Shown: positions 1 through 12,590 of the stretch, piece by piece
Layout: every line of letters begins with the position of its first letter
How positions within the stretch are numbered: the first letter of the stretch is position 1
NCBI GenBank assembly: GCA_002269645.1
Contig: NIVC01000522.1
Location: 1-64,000 of the forward strand
From: Macrostomum lignano
Lineage: Eukaryota
Reading direction: 5' to 3'
Length of the DNA: 64,000 bases
Notes under the pieces: model-generated
The model's input: only the letters and a program-made list of their open reading frames with translations
The model's database searches: none
Told to the model about the DNA's origin: nothing
Made by a program: the position numbers and the translations under genes

Positions 1-674
1 TTCTCCTAGCTATAGGACCTTGCTGCTCGCCACAATCTAGCTACCATGGGGCTGACCATCTGACAGGAGTGAGAGGCCAGAGTTCTAAGTGATTCATTTC
101 TGAATTCTGAGGCCCGAAGCTATAGGCTTAAAAAGGCCGAAGCCATCATGTACATGTTATATTCCTTACTTGTGTACACTACATTATCAAATAAGCAAAA
201 TCAATGTTTTTGACGTCGTGCCGAACATACCAGTACATGAATTTGCTGACGTTTCGTATGTTACATTATTTGCTATATGGATGTTGACGTCAGGGCTGCA
301 CCAACAACTACATTGTATATAAAATGTAGAGAAAATCACTAGCTGGTTCACCGCGCCCTATCTCCAAGTGCGTAAAATTTTGCACCTATTTAGTTTCTTT
401 TTACGTATCCTGTACGTTTTAGCATTAAACATCAAACGACTGTATTATGCACAGTTATCCTATCTATCCTCGTCTATCTATCCAATACCACGAATCCATT
501 TATATGTTGATTTGAGACGGTTATGCTTTGACAGAGTATTTTCTAGAAAGCGTTACTACTTTGGAAAATTGCAGGTTTGCAGAAGTAGCTCATATATCCT
601 GTTAATAATCCGTACTAGCTCACGCAAATTATTAGTAACTTTGTGAAAGTGCACGTTATTTTGTATAATTTTTG

Positions 675-730
675 TCTCTCTCTCTCTCTCTTCCCTCTCT
701 CCCTCTCCTCCCTGTCTCCCTCTTCTACCT
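675..730. repeat. (CT)n / pyrimidine microsatellite
   Basis: tgtctctctctctctctcttccctctctccctctcctccctgtctccctcttc run. Confidence 0.8.
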
Positions 731-1106
731 CTTATTCAGTCAGATTACAAGAAACTATTAATTTAGCCGGGTTATCCGAGAAACGGACAGTTATCTATAG
801 TCGGAATGTCGGATTCTAAGAAACGACATTTACGGTAGAATATAAGGGTTACAAGCAAATCACAGTCACCTAATACTAACAGCAGAGGGGTCAATTTTAT
901 AAAACACAGGATAGCAGACATTTATCTATAGTTAATGGTTAAAGTTTGGGGTCGAGTTTTATAAACACACTGGTAGCTAACCACGGTTAACTGTCTATGG
1001 TTTTAGATTTATAAATCTACTGCAGAGTAAAGATTCGATTTTATAAAACAAGCAGACTGATAGTTAGAGCAAAATTTTAACTGATTAACTTTTATCCAAG
1101 TCAGAA

Positions 1107-1745
1107 ATGGAATTTTTGCATTCGCATGATTTGCTGCGTGCGAAGCAACGCCGATCTCCGCGTATTTTCTTGACAGGAGGAACTTCCTTGTCAATGCAGA
1201 CTTCAGAGAACGCTTTCGTGTCAACCCTGCTACCGCGGAGGAGTTGCTGCAACGAATCGGAGAGCAATTATCACCTGCAACGCAAAAAAACCAAGCTTTG
1301 TCTCCAACGGAGCAGCTTCTAACAGCACTTCGGTTTATGCCACAAACAGCTTCTACCACATGTTCAGAGACGCACACGGGCCACCCGAAGCTACTGTCTG
1401 TCAAGTGGTCCGCAAAGTCTCGCGGTTGGTAAATGAGGAACTCTTTTAAGAGTTGTCGGCTGGCCGAATCAAGATGCTTCATTATCAATCTGCCGGAAGT
1501 TTTTTCACAAAGCGTCTATGCCGTCGGTCAGTGGCATTATCGATAGGACTCTCGTGCCGGTTGTGTCGCCAAGAAATAACGAGGAGCAGTTTGTCGACCG
1601 TAAGGGGAACCACTCTTCGAACGTGATGCTAGTTGCTGGCCTACAGCACCAGTTCTTGGCATGCAATGCTTCATGGCCTGGAAGTGTCAACGATGCTCGA
1701 GTGTTGCACAGTAGTAGTCTATACACGGAATTTGAGAACAATGAC
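1107..1745 (+). pseudogene. PIF/Harbinger transposase (element 'Harbinger A'), 5' part, frameshifted
   Basis: Frameshifted pieces read FRERFR..., LSPTEQLLTALRF, GIIDRTLVP, FVDRKGNHSSNVMLV, NASWPGSVNDARVLHSSSL: DDE_Tnp_4/HARBI1-type motifs. Reading stops at the TSD ATGAC (1741-1745). Three related motifs (GGGGTCAATTTTATAAAACAC at 887, variants at 948 and 1032) may be its left end/subterminal repeats. Confidence 0.85.
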
Positions 1746-2617
1746 TGTTAGTTTTTGAGAAGAGTCAGTGTGTAAGGCTAGTTAAAAACTCTTATGGCTA
1801 GAAACTGGCCTAGCCCCGACTTATATATTTAACTAAGCCAGCGATGCACATTGTAGAACGTACACAAAGCCAGTGCGCATAAATGAAGCATTTTAGCATT
1901 ATTGAATGGATGGATTGAGCTCTCAGTAAAATCAAATCACCCGATACATCGATACACAATGGGCCGTATGAATAAAACGTGAGAAAATCTTTAAAGATTA
2001 TCTTTCGAGCCAAGAATTTCTTTAAAGAAATTCTTTTCCGGCAAGAAAATCTGTTGGAGAAAATCTTACGAGTCAAGATATTCTAGAAAAGACATGAATA
2101 AAAGTTTCTCGGCTCGTGAGATTTTCTCGGCGACTGCCACTTGGCTGAAAGTTGTCTAGGGCCCAAACCAAGATGTCGGTGACGTGGAATCGACGGCCGT
2201 CTCCTCAGGCTTGGGCGCAGCCCATGCTGTGTCTATGGCTAAAACCACGTGAACACCGAAAATCCGTCCAGAAAAATCCTACTAGAAAGTGGCAAAATCC
2301 ATGTGGAGTTTACCTGAACATCAGGTGACAGGAAAGTCACTTTGCTTTGAAATTTTACCCTGAGATTGAGCGTCCTGGCATCGAATGGTTGCCAATTTTT
2401 TACATGTATATCGTGATTACTCTTTGCAGGAGCCCAGAAACAATGCAAAAAAAACTGCGAGCATGTTATAAGACGCTGCGTGGGGGGTAGAAATGGGAGC
2501 TGCCGTGTGTACAAAACTGTGTCCTTGGACCGTTCGCAAGCTGAGCGACGTAAATAGCCTACCAGTGAAGTATGCTACCAGATTTCATTGAAACCGCGCA
2601 ATCTTCTCTCGAGAAAC

Positions 2618-3256
2618 ATGTCTGCCGCATCGGATGCCGAGTCTGAAAGTCAACAGGAAGCCGAGGAGGAAGCCGACTACATTGTCAACGTACTCTCTAA
2701 GCACCCGGTTCTCTTATCAAAGAGTAGCACGCCCGTCGTGAAGAAGAAGGAGGAGGCGGCCATTGCAGCATTGTGCGCTGAGTTAGAAATGCTGACAGGA
2801 AAGCTGTTCGAGACCGGCAAAACATCGAAGAAGATCGCCAACATGAAGACGCGTATGAAGGGCAAGGTGGATCGAAATAGGACAGGGAATCGTCCCATAA
2901 AACTTCTTCCATGGGAATCCAGGTTGGCCCGCATAATGGACGCGGATTCGAATCCAACAATGTCGCAAACTCCAGGGGCAAGTGCGGCTGGATTCCAAGC
3001 AAGTGCAACCGTCGTCTCGCCACAGCCAGCTGATGAGAGACGTTCACCCTCCGTGCAGCCTAAGGAACCAGCGAGGAAGCGTCGCATGTCTGGCGAGACA
3101 GAGGAGACAGAGAAGTTGGGCAACGCCGATTTGCAACGACTGGTGCTGCTGGAGCAGCTGCGCTACGTCAGACTGAAAAGGCGACTGGTGATGGAGTCTC
3201 AGGCGAGCAGACCTGCTCTTCGCCCTCCGTCGTACGGAAACGGGTACCAGGATTGA
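2618..3256 (+). CDS. Harbinger-associated Myb/SANT-like DNA-binding protein
   Basis: Open 212-aa ORF from ATG 2618: LSKHPVLLSKSSTPVVKKKEEAAIAALCAEL...KKIANMKTRMKGKVDRNRTGNRPIKLLPWE. Resembles Myb_DNA-bind_5-type second ORFs of Harbingers; lies between the TIRs, convergent to the transposase. Confidence 0.75.
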   Translation: MSAASDAESESQQEAEEEADYIVNVLSKHPVLLSKSSTPVVKKKEEAAIAALCAELEMLTGKLFETGKTSKKIANMKTRMKGKVDRNRTGNRPIKLLPWESRLARIMDADSNPTMSQTPGASAAGFQASATVVSPQPADERRSPSVQPKEPARKRRMSGETEETEKLGNADLQRLVLLEQLRYVRLKRRLVMESQASRPALRPPSYGNGYQD

Positions 3257-3496
3257 CGGCCCTGCAGACGTTAGTAATTGTTGTTAGTAATTCAGACCGA
3301 AAAAATGCGACGAACAGCATATAGGTACTTGTTGTTTTGTTGATCGCTCTAAGGCTGAAAGTCGCATATATGTACCACTGTACTGTTTCTTGTTTGTTAT
3401 TTAGACAGAGAAAATGTGACGAAGAGAAGACATTTGTCTGTTGCTTTGTTGATCGCTATAAGGCTGAAAATCACATACTTACGACTGCTTGTTTTT

Positions 3497-4289
3497 TCAA
3501 ACTGCTGCTCCGTTTCGGGTTGCGGATACGGCGTCATTAGGAACGGTTCGATTCCGTACCCAGAGTCACCGAGGAGCACTCCAGAATTGACTCTGGTCGT
3601 GAGTAGATGACTGGAAAGTGTTTAACTTGCTACGTAAAATATATAAAGTTTACCATTTGCCCACTTGGAATCAGATTCTAAGTATGAATACGAGGTACTC
3701 ACGCGTACAGCGCCGAGTTCTTGAGCACTCTACTGTCGTGCACCGAGCCAGGCCAACTCGCATCCAAACTAGTGAACACGCACTTCTCGGAGCACGTTGC
3801 CTGAACATTGATGGAGGGAAACCCCTTCCGGTTGATGTACTCGTCACCGGCTGCTCCTGAGGGCTTTTCGATCCTCACATGCGTGCAGTCAATTGCCCCG
3901 ATGGCCGACGGGAAGCCCATTGCTTCAGTGAACTGTGCCTTAGCACGGTTCGCTGAAGCACCTTCCTGTGGAAATTGAATCCATTCGTGAGACAGCCGCG
4001 CGATACTCTGCAGGACGTCCCAAACAACATTTGACACCGTGCTTTGATGAACACCTGTCTCCTTGGCAACACCGGATTGAAAGCCAGGGTTGCTCAGGTA
4101 CCGCAGCGTGATCTCCATCTTCTGTTTCGGTGTCAGCGCACCGCCCCTTGTCTCGGAAGTATGTCCTAGGAAGCGCGTTGTCAGAAAGGTCACGTGATCC
4201 TCAGTGAATCGATGAAGCTGTCTATATGTCTCCACTGGAGTGGCCTGTCGGGGCAGGTACTCCTTGGTCTTTCTGATCTGAAGGAACAT
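3497..4289 (-). pseudogene. Harbinger B transposase, C-terminally truncated; one intron (3611-3702)
   Basis: LTPKQKMEITLRYL, GFPSAIGAIDCTHVRI, YINRKGFPSINVQATC, WPGSVHDSR. A GTGAGT...TTCCAG intron rejoins in frame to GVLLGDSGYGIEPFLMTPY. The expected FN..H..R..IE..FG.LK.RF segment is absent after ETEQQ. Confidence 0.85.
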
Positions 4290-4906
4290 CTCGTGTCTCG
4301 TGTTATGGGCGCTGAAGATTCGCTTGAGCCAGAGAAGGAGTTGCTCGCATAAAACTCAAGTGTCGGCTCTCTCGGCGAGAAAATCACGTCTTTTATTCAT
4401 CAGAAAGCAAGAAAATCTTTTCCTCGTGAGATTTTCTTGCCGAGCAAATCTTTTCTTGTGAAAGCTCGAGATTTTCTTGGCGAAAAAATCTTGCAAGAAA
4501 CTCGCAGTTTTTTATTCTTATAAACGCAAGAAATTCTTGGATTTCTTGCAAGAAAAAAATTTCTTTTTTTTATTCATACGGCCCAATGCAATGCACAACA
4601 TCTCCCTTACGAAAGTTATTTATTCGAAAACGATCGAAATAAAATAGCATTGGTGCGAACTTATATCTCTGAGAAAGGTATGAAAAACGCAATATTGAAC
4701 AGATACTGTATGAGCAGGATAAAAACAAAAATCATATTTGTTATAAGGTTAGTAAGTTATGCAATCCGAGATATTAGAGGAATACAGAAAGTATTACAAT
4801 GTTATGGCCGAATGCTGCAAGCTGATTTTTTAGATGCTTAAAAAAGTTTAAGTTAGCTCAAGAATAAGTACTACATCAAGTGACAGTCACCAGCAGCTTA
4901 CAGTAC

Positions 4907-7420
4907 TTAGGCTGCCTGGTAATACTCAGGAGTCTTGACAGCTCGGCCACGCATAGTCCGATAAGGCCCATCTCGCTGCACGGCGGCTGGCTGCATGGAG
5001 GCCGGCTGCATGGAGGCCGGCTGCATGGAGGCCGGCTGCACGGAGGCCAGCTGCATGGAGGCCGGCTGCATGGAGGCTGGCTGCATGGAGGTCGGCTGCA
5101 CGGAGGCCGGCTGACAATCTCCCTGCTCGTCCTCTTCGCTGCTCTGTTGGAATTCACCGACTGTCACACCAATCTTCCGAGGCCTGATGAAGCGGCGGTT
5201 CCGTCTGAGCAACTGTCCAGTCTCAGCGAATGCGAGAACTCCCCAAGGTCGTACTGGGTTCGAACTATCAATCTCAGCTGCCACCCACTCGCGACGACCG
5301 CGTTGTAACCACACCAGATCACCAGCTGCTAGCTTCTGCAACGGTCGAGCTCGGCGATTGTACAGTTGCGCTGCTCTAATGCGCTCTTTTTCAAAAGGCT
5401 CAATGCAGGAGTGAAGATGAATTTTCTTTGGCCGCAAGTCCTTGACAGTCGCTGGCAGGTCACATCGAAGCTTACGGCCGAAAGCCATCTCCGCCGGGCT
5501 TGGAAAGCCGCTGCCGACCGGAGTGTTGCGGTAGTGAAGCAGTGACAACTCCAGACTTTGGCCTGTCTCGGAGCATTTCTTCAACATGTTTTTAGCTGTC
5601 TGTACGTAGCGCTCAGCTCTCCCGTTCGACTACGGGTACGTTGGACTCGAGGTTCGGTGCTCCGAATTCAGCCATTGTCTGTCGAAACTCGCGAGCAGAA
5701 AACTGCGGGCCTCCATCACTGACTAGCTTCTCTGGCACTCCAAAGCTTTGAAAATGATCCCGTATCGCACTCGCGACAGCCAAGCTTGTGGCTGATCTCA
5801 TCCGTGTGACCCTCATCCAGCAGCTGTAGGAGTCAACGTACACCAAGTAGGATCCACCAGTGAACTCAAATAGGTCAGTCGAACAGACTTGGAACGGAAA
5901 ATCCGGCATATTCACAGACATCAGCGCGATACGACTGGCACGACTCGCATTCACTAACGACCTGCTCTACGCAGTTCTGCATTCCTGGCCAGTAGAAATA
6001 GTCCTTGGCCTTCAAGTCCATTTTCACGATGCCAGGGTGCCCCGCATGTAGAATTTTGAGCACTGATTTCCGGGCGTGGCCGTTTGGGACATAGATACGG
6101 TCCTTCAGGCATAGAAGACCGGAGGCATACGTCAAGTCATTTCGAATATCCCAAAAAGGCTTCAGATCATCTGAAAACTTTGACCGATGCTCTGGCCAAC
6201 CCTCCTGGATGACAGTTCGCAAACGCTCACTAGTCACATCTGCTGTCGCAGTCTTCATCATCTGCAAGATTTCTCGATTACCACTAAAGCAGCGTTCCAC
6301 CGATAAAACTTGGCCGTCAAGCGCAGTCTCAAGCTGAATAGTGAGAAGATCAGCTGCACCGTGAGCTCGACTTAAAGTGTCGGCTACATAAAGGTCTTTG
6401 CCGGGCGTGTACTTCACGCGGATGTCATAAGGCTGAAACTGAAGCAGGAGTCGCTGAATTCGAGGAGTAGTGACGCACAAAGCCTTTTTTAAGATCGATT
6501 CAAGTGGCTTGTGATCGCTTTGCACTTGCACCGTACGACCCCAGATATAACGATGGAATTTTTTGCAACCATAGACGATGGCCAAAAGCTCCTTCTTAAT
6601 CTGCGCGTACGCGCGCTGAGCACTTGTCATAGCCGAAGACGCGTATTCGACGGGGCGATCCTCTCGAAGAAGCACTGCGCCGATGCCGCTCTTGCTTGCA
6701 TCAACTGAGACTGTGACAGGCTTGTTGGTGTCAAACGTGGCTAACACTCGGCTTGAGCATAGTTCCGCGACGATCTCATCACAAGCTTGGTCGTGTTGAT
6801 CCACCCAGCTCCATATAACCTCTTTCTTCAGCAGGTGTCTCAGTGGCTCTGCAGTGGCAGACAAGTGTGGGCAGAATCTGGCCAAGTACGTGACGCAGCC
6901 AAGAAACCGCCTCAGCTGTTCTTTCTTTGCTGTCACGCCTTCAAGAGAATCGGGTCTTGCCATCTCTTTGATCGCTTTAACCTTCTGGGGATCAGCCCTC
7001 AGTCCATCAGGTCCGAGAATGTCCCCTGAATAGCTTAGCTCTGGGACTCCAACTTTCACCTTGCTGGGATTCAGCGTCACGTTTGCACGCTTGCACTGCT
7101 CCATTAGCTGGCGCACCGCCGTATTGTGCTCCTCGATCGTGCGTCCCCACAAAATAATATCATCGAAGAAGTTTTTTGCGTTTTCCACATGGCTGGTAAC
7201 ATTTTCTTACATGCGTTTCTGAAACACTTCTGGGATCGAAGATAGGCCATACGGCACACGCTTCCACCTGTATCGACCAAACGGAGTGTGGAAAGTGGTA
7301 AGAGACAAACTCTTCTCATCTAGCTTAAGCTGGTGAAAGCTCTCCTTTGCGTCGAATGTGCTAAATACAGCGGCTCCAGCAGTTGCCATGCGGACCTCCT
7401 CAGCTGTTGGGATTGGGTGA
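4907..7420 (-). pseudogene. Gypsy A pol: RT, RNase H, integrase (frameshifted)
   Basis: HPIPTAEEV, FSTFDAKESFHQL, GRYRWKRVPYGL, FFDDII (RT); SVDASKSGIGAVL, YAQIKKELLAIVYGC, SDHKPL (RNase H); HAGHPG...CESC, LVSDGGPQF, HYRNTP...SPAEM (integrase). Confidence 0.92.
4975..5115 (-). repeat. 15-bp in-frame tandem repeat (QPASM/QPASV) in the integrase C-terminal tail
   Basis: About 9 copies of ggccggctgcatgga on the plus strand. Confidence 0.9.
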
Positions 7421-7429
7421 TATTGTACG

Positions 7430-7952
7430 GGAAGCAGGATGACCTTCTACGTCTGTACATGTCCGTCCTTCCGTCTGAAACGAAAGATGACACTATGTTC
7501 CCGCGACCAATGGCCAGTTCCGCTTTACAATTTGCTTTCTCAAGTAAGCAAGTCCGAGGCATAAACTGGCTATGTACGTACATGCAGCGGATCAGCAAGA
7601 TGTGCAGCCTGAGCAAGGGATATACAAACCACTGCATCCGCGTCACTCGCATTGCTGATCTGAAAGATTCAGGCTATTCTGTGTCTGACATCATGAGCAA
7701 TACTGGCCAACAAATGGAGTCTACTGTGCGGCGGATCTCTCCCAGAAGCGTGACAGCGCGATTCTAGACATGGCAACTACTGTGGGTGCTACGTTAGAAC
7801 TACGCGGTGTGAATGCCGACAGCAGTGGTATCTGCGTCTCTACTAGCAGCAAAAGCATCATCGGCCACGAGACAACAACTCTTCGGGAGGATACCAATTC
7901 TGCAGTGTTCTCCAACTGCCAGTTCGCAAATTGTACGATCAATATCAATTAG
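7430..7952 (+). pseudogene. Crypton-like tyrosine recombinase, C-terminal fragment (DUF3504-like)
   Basis: LRLYMSVLP..DTMFPRP...GINWLCTYMQRISKMCSLSKGYTNHCIRVTRIADLKDSGYSVSDIMSNTGQ (HxxR motif). Frameshifted tail ends FSNCQFANCTININ*, followed by AATAAA at ~8112. Confidence 0.7.
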
Positions 7953-8532
7953 TAGTAGGAATACGTGACAGGGCAATAACATATGTGTTCACCACTTTTT
8001 GTTGTACTAACATGAGTCGTATTTGTTTTGCTTTTTGCTTGTTGTTCTCATATTATATTTTTACCCTGCGAAAATTGTCTGCACGCAATCTTTGAACACG
8101 TAATACGAACCAATAAATATTAGACCATGTCTATGGTCAAAATATCTGCTCTAGCGTGCAACAATCAGAATCGTTGCCAGTAGGCTTGATCTATGTGACA
8201 ATGGTGACGTTTGACACCCACTGAGTTGGTTCATCAACCTGGACAATGGTTCTGTAGCATCTGGTTTCCATAATGAATTCCAGGAATGCTCTTTCGTTTA
8301 GAGTTTGCGCGAGAGTATATTTCTTCCTTTTTCCATTTTCCTTTTTTTCCTCAAGGCAGCTCGCAGCTTAGTACTTAAAACAAAGTATCGAGCAGAATCA
8401 TAACAAAATAAGTCTATGGTAGAAAAGAGAGACACACGTAGGATCATATACCACATATGTCACCCCTTTGAAAAAAATTGGTAACTCCCTGTACGTTTTT
8501 TCTTTCAAGATCGCATCTTAATAAAATAGTAT

Positions 8533-11500
8533 TCAGATCACGGTTCCTCGAGGCCTCAATCGCGTTTCAGTTAGTGGCACGTTCTCATGCTGATAGCGAC
8601 GTCGACGCACTAACGGCTTGACGATCTTGGTAGCTTGATCCGTTTGTGAAACAGGTTGACATTTGTCCAACTGTGTTGCCTTTTCTCCGGGTTGAGGCTT
8701 GCCGATTAAATGTTCCAGTACCTCGTCCGTGATCGTCTGGGGTTGCTCTGCAGCACTAGCAGGCAGTGTGTGGTCCACATGTCGCTTCCAGACCATGGGG
8801 CCCACCTTCACTAGATATGACAGCGGGGCTCGGCGTCGAAGGATTGTTCCCACAGCCCATTTGTCCTCCGCTTGTCTTCTAAAGTCCAACGTTAGCACGT
8901 TGTCGCCTTGCTTGAACTCTCTGATCTTCGGACTGGCTCTTGCGTCATACTAAATTTTTTGTTGATGCTGCTTCTCGGCGACTCGCTGGTCCGTGTCTGG
9001 ATGAAGTATGCTGAGTTTGGTTCGTATTGAGTATTTGAGCATCATTTCAGCAGGAGACTTCCCAGTAGTAGAATGGGGCGTCATGCGGTATCGTGCCAAG
9101 AAGGCATTAATGCTTTCTATAGCATCATGGCTGCTCTTCATCTCAGCCCTTAAGGCTCGCTTTGCTGTTTGCACCATCCGTTCGGCTTGCCCATTTGAGC
9201 GTGGATGCCCAATTGATGTTAGAACTTGTACAATTCCGCGACTCCTTAAGTAGTCCTTGAACTCCTTTGCAGTAAATTGGGATCCGTTGTCTGTAAGGAT
9301 CTGCTTCGGATATCCGTAGCGAGCGAACGTCTCTTGGAGTCTGTTGATGGTGTGGTCGCCGATCTCATTAGGAAGATTTCCGTTGTGTTGTGGCGTCCAC
9401 GAGCAACAGCCAAGTATATCCGTAGCATGGGCCGAAAAAGTCCAAGTGCAGTCGAGTCCATGGCTTCTCTGGCCAATTGAGAGGCTGTAGCGGTGCTTGT
9501 GCAGGCAGCTTTTGTTGCGATTGACATCCTGTGCATCTAGCCAAGCAATTTTCTATATCATTATCAATGCCTGGGTACCATATGTGCATTCTTGCCAGCG
9601 ACTTCATGACCACAATTCCGGGGTGTCCTTCATGCAGCAGCTGCAGAAGCTGAATTTTTAACACTGATGGAATTATTGTCCGAATTCGCAGAATAGAACT
9701 CCATCTTCCACGCTCAGCTCATGCCGCCGGCTATGAAATGGCTTTAACTCTGCCTCCACTGATTCTGGCCAACCAGCTCTGCAGTAGCGAAGAACTCGCG
9801 ACAGCAAGGGTTCATTCGAAGTGACTCTTTTCAAGTCATTGGAGTCGATCGATTGCGCGTCTATCCTATTCTGGAACACGGCATCATCTGCTCCTTGAAA
9901 TTCGGAAGTGTGCAGTCTGGATAAGGCATCCGCATTCCCGTGGTCTTCCGTTCGTCGGTACCGAATTTCAAAGCTGTAGGCTGAAAGAATTACTGCCCAT
10001 CTTTGTAAACGGCTGGCGGCAATGCTGGGTATGTTGTTCTTAGGCCCAAAAATCGTGACCAGAGGCTTATGATCAGTTATCAGGATAAACTGGCGCCCAT
10101 AGAGATATTGATGAAATTTCTTTACCGCGAACACGATGGCTAAACCTTCCTTCTCAATCTGAGAGTAGTTCCGCTCCGCTTTGGACAAACTTCGAGATCC
10201 ATAGCATATAGGCTTCTCTTCCGAGTCTTTAAGCGTGTGTGACAGAACAGCACCTACTCCATAGCATGATGCGTCCGTCTGTACTACGAGTGGCTTGCTG
10301 GGGTCATAATGCGTTAGGACCTCATCAGAGCTCAGCATAGCTTTGCATGCTTGGAACGCCTCCTGGCATTCATCAGTCCATTGAAAGTCGACGCCTTTCT
10401 GAAGCAACCTATTTAACGGTTCCAGTAGATCTGATAGATTTCGAATAAATTTCCGATAGTAGTTTATTAGACCAACCAGCTAATGCACTTCGGCAGTGTT
10501 GCTTGGTACAGGAGTATCAATGATGGCTTTAGTTATTTTGGGAGACAGGCGAACTCCTGTGGCATCAATGATGTGACCTAGAAATTCGATACTCGGCATC
10601 ATAAACTGGCACTTCGACCGATTGAGTCGAATGCCATAATCTTGCAGTCTCTTTAGCACGTCCCTGAGCAGTTTATTGTGATCTTCGACTGTCGATGCCT
10701 TTAAAACGATGTCGTCGATAAAGCAAACGGCGTCCAGACCCTGAAGTATCTTGTCCATTGCCTCTTGAAATTGAGCAGATGAACTCGCTAGTCCCATGAC
10801 CAGCCTGTTGTACTCGAATAAGCCCAGGTGTGTTATTGATAGTTGTATATTTCCGGCACTCTTCTTGCAGTTCGAGTTGTAGGAACGCTTGAGATATATC
10901 GAGCTTGCTGAATAGCTTTCCTCCGCTTAGTTTTGCAAACAGCTCCTCAGGCCTGCTCACTGGGTAAATGTCCACTTCCAAGGCGGGGTTGATTGTTCTT
11001 TTGAAATCAGCGCAGATGCGAATCGATTTCCCATCCTTCTTCAGAACTGGCACTATTGGCCTCGCAAATTCGGAAGATTTTACCCGTCTAATTATTCCTT
11101 GGCTCTCCAAGCTTTTTAGCTCCTGCTCAATTGCAGGCTTCAGAGCGAATGGCACGGGTCGTGACTTGCAGAACTTTGGCATTGAACCTTCCTTTAGATG
11201 AAGCTTGGCCGTTAATTGCTTTATTTTACCTAGGCCATCCGCGAATAATTCACTGTGCTCTTGCAGAATTTTACTCAACTCTTGAGACACATCAACAAGG
11301 AGAGTTTCCGACTGTGTACTGCAGCCAGCGCTTCCTGCGTATTTCCCAGCGAGATTCCCGAGTTGCGTGATCCAATCGCGGCCCAACAAATTCTGTCTTC
11401 TGCCGTCGACAATCACGACATCAAGCTCAATGGCAGTGCCGTTGTCCAGTGCTTGCACGGTGGCTTCTCCAAGCAGTGGCATCTTTTCGCCGGAGTACGA

Positions 11501-12577
11501 AGTGAGAATCATGGTTGTGCCGGTCGGTTTCACTCCGAGCTGCTCAGCTTGTTTGTTAATAATTGTACGTTCGGCGCGCGTGTCTACCTCAAACGTCACC
11601 TTCTTCTTGCTGATTTGCAGAGTTTCCAAGAAAGGATTGAATCGTTTCTTTTTAGCGCTATTTTCGCTGAGCTGGCATTTCCTGCTGATGGCAACGTTAC
11701 TGATGTTTGAGAAGTCGGGCGACTCCCCACTGCTGCCTTGGCCTCGCTTTGCGCTCACGTATTTCACCCTTCTTGTGCCTTGGCCCAATCTTGCTTTGTA
11801 ATTTCTTTTCTGACCATTCTGTCTGGCTCTGTGAGCTTCTGTCGACTGCTGAGTTCTGCATGCCTTCTCCAGGTGGCCCGGTTTGTTGCACTTCTTGCAG
11901 ACGTAAGATCGATGTGGGCAGCTTCTTGCCCAGTGACCCGTCGCTAAGCATCGGTAGCACCTGTCATGAGCAGAGTCTTTTGAGCTTTTTGGCCTGACTT
12001 CTTTGACTGAGTTGGCTTGAGCTCCACTGAATCTGTTAGTGTTGATGATCGTTGCACCTTTTTCTGCAGTTTCTATGGCGGTTGATATTTTGATGGCCTC
12101 GTCCAGCGCGATGTCATCTTCTTGCAGAAGACGCTGCTGGATGAGCTTGCTGCGCAATCCGCAAACAAACTTATCTTTGATAGCTTCATTCAAAAAGGCC
12201 CCAAACATACAGGTTGCAGCCAGCTTCCTTAAATTTGCTATATACTCTGAGATTACTTCGCCCTTTTGTTGATTTCGATTGTAGAGATTGTAGCGCTCCA
12301 AAACTTTTTTTGGCGTCGGTGCGAAATAGTTTCTTAGCGCCGTTATCAGCTCGTCATAAGACTTACTTTTCGGGAGGTCTAGAGACAGCAGATCTCGCAG
12401 CAGGCAGTAGCAATCTTCACCCACCACTGTGATGAGCTCAGCCTTCTTTATGTTCTCATCGGTGATGGCTTTAGCGATAAAATATTTCTCCAACCGTTCT
12501 TCGTACACCGACCATCTCTCTGGTCTTGCTGGATCGAATGTACTGATTCTTGAAGCGGTGTGGGGTACGGCAGTCAT
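8533..12577 (-). pseudogene. Gypsy B gag-pol (gag, Zn knuckles, protease, RT, RNase H, integrase) with several frameshifts
   Basis: WSVYEERLEKYF; CYRCLATGHWARSC and CKKCNKPGHLEKAC; FEVDTRAE; IRICADFK, FIDDI; QTDASCYGVGAVL, IEKEGLAI; HEGHPG...CTGC; GHPRSNGQAER, YRMTPHSTTGKSPAE. Confidence 0.93.
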
Positions 12578-12590
12578 ATCCTCGTCGCCA
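12578..12590 (-). promoter_or_regulatory. Primer-binding site of Gypsy B (TGGCGACGAGGAT)
   Basis: Lies 1 nt inside the 5' LTR. From memory, complementary to the 3' end of metazoan tRNA-Ser(GCU) (...AUCCUCGUCGCCA). Confidence 0.75.

Larger units (their letters stand above)
1961..4584. mobile_element. PIF/Harbinger DNA transposon 'Harbinger B' (2624 bp) inserted in the 3' LTR of Gypsy A
   Basis: Perfect 17-bp TIRs GGGCCGTATGAATAAAA (1961-1977) / TTTTATTCATACGGCCC (4568-4584). 3-bp TSD AAT (1958-1960, 4585-4587). The empty site is seen in the other LTR copy (gatacacaatgcaat, ~15466-15481). Carries convergent Myb-like and transposase genes. Confidence 0.93.

Noticed and set aside
1-240. Possible 3' end of another LTR (ends ...gtgccgaaca)
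   Set aside because: No partner LTR, PBS or TSD is visible within the window.
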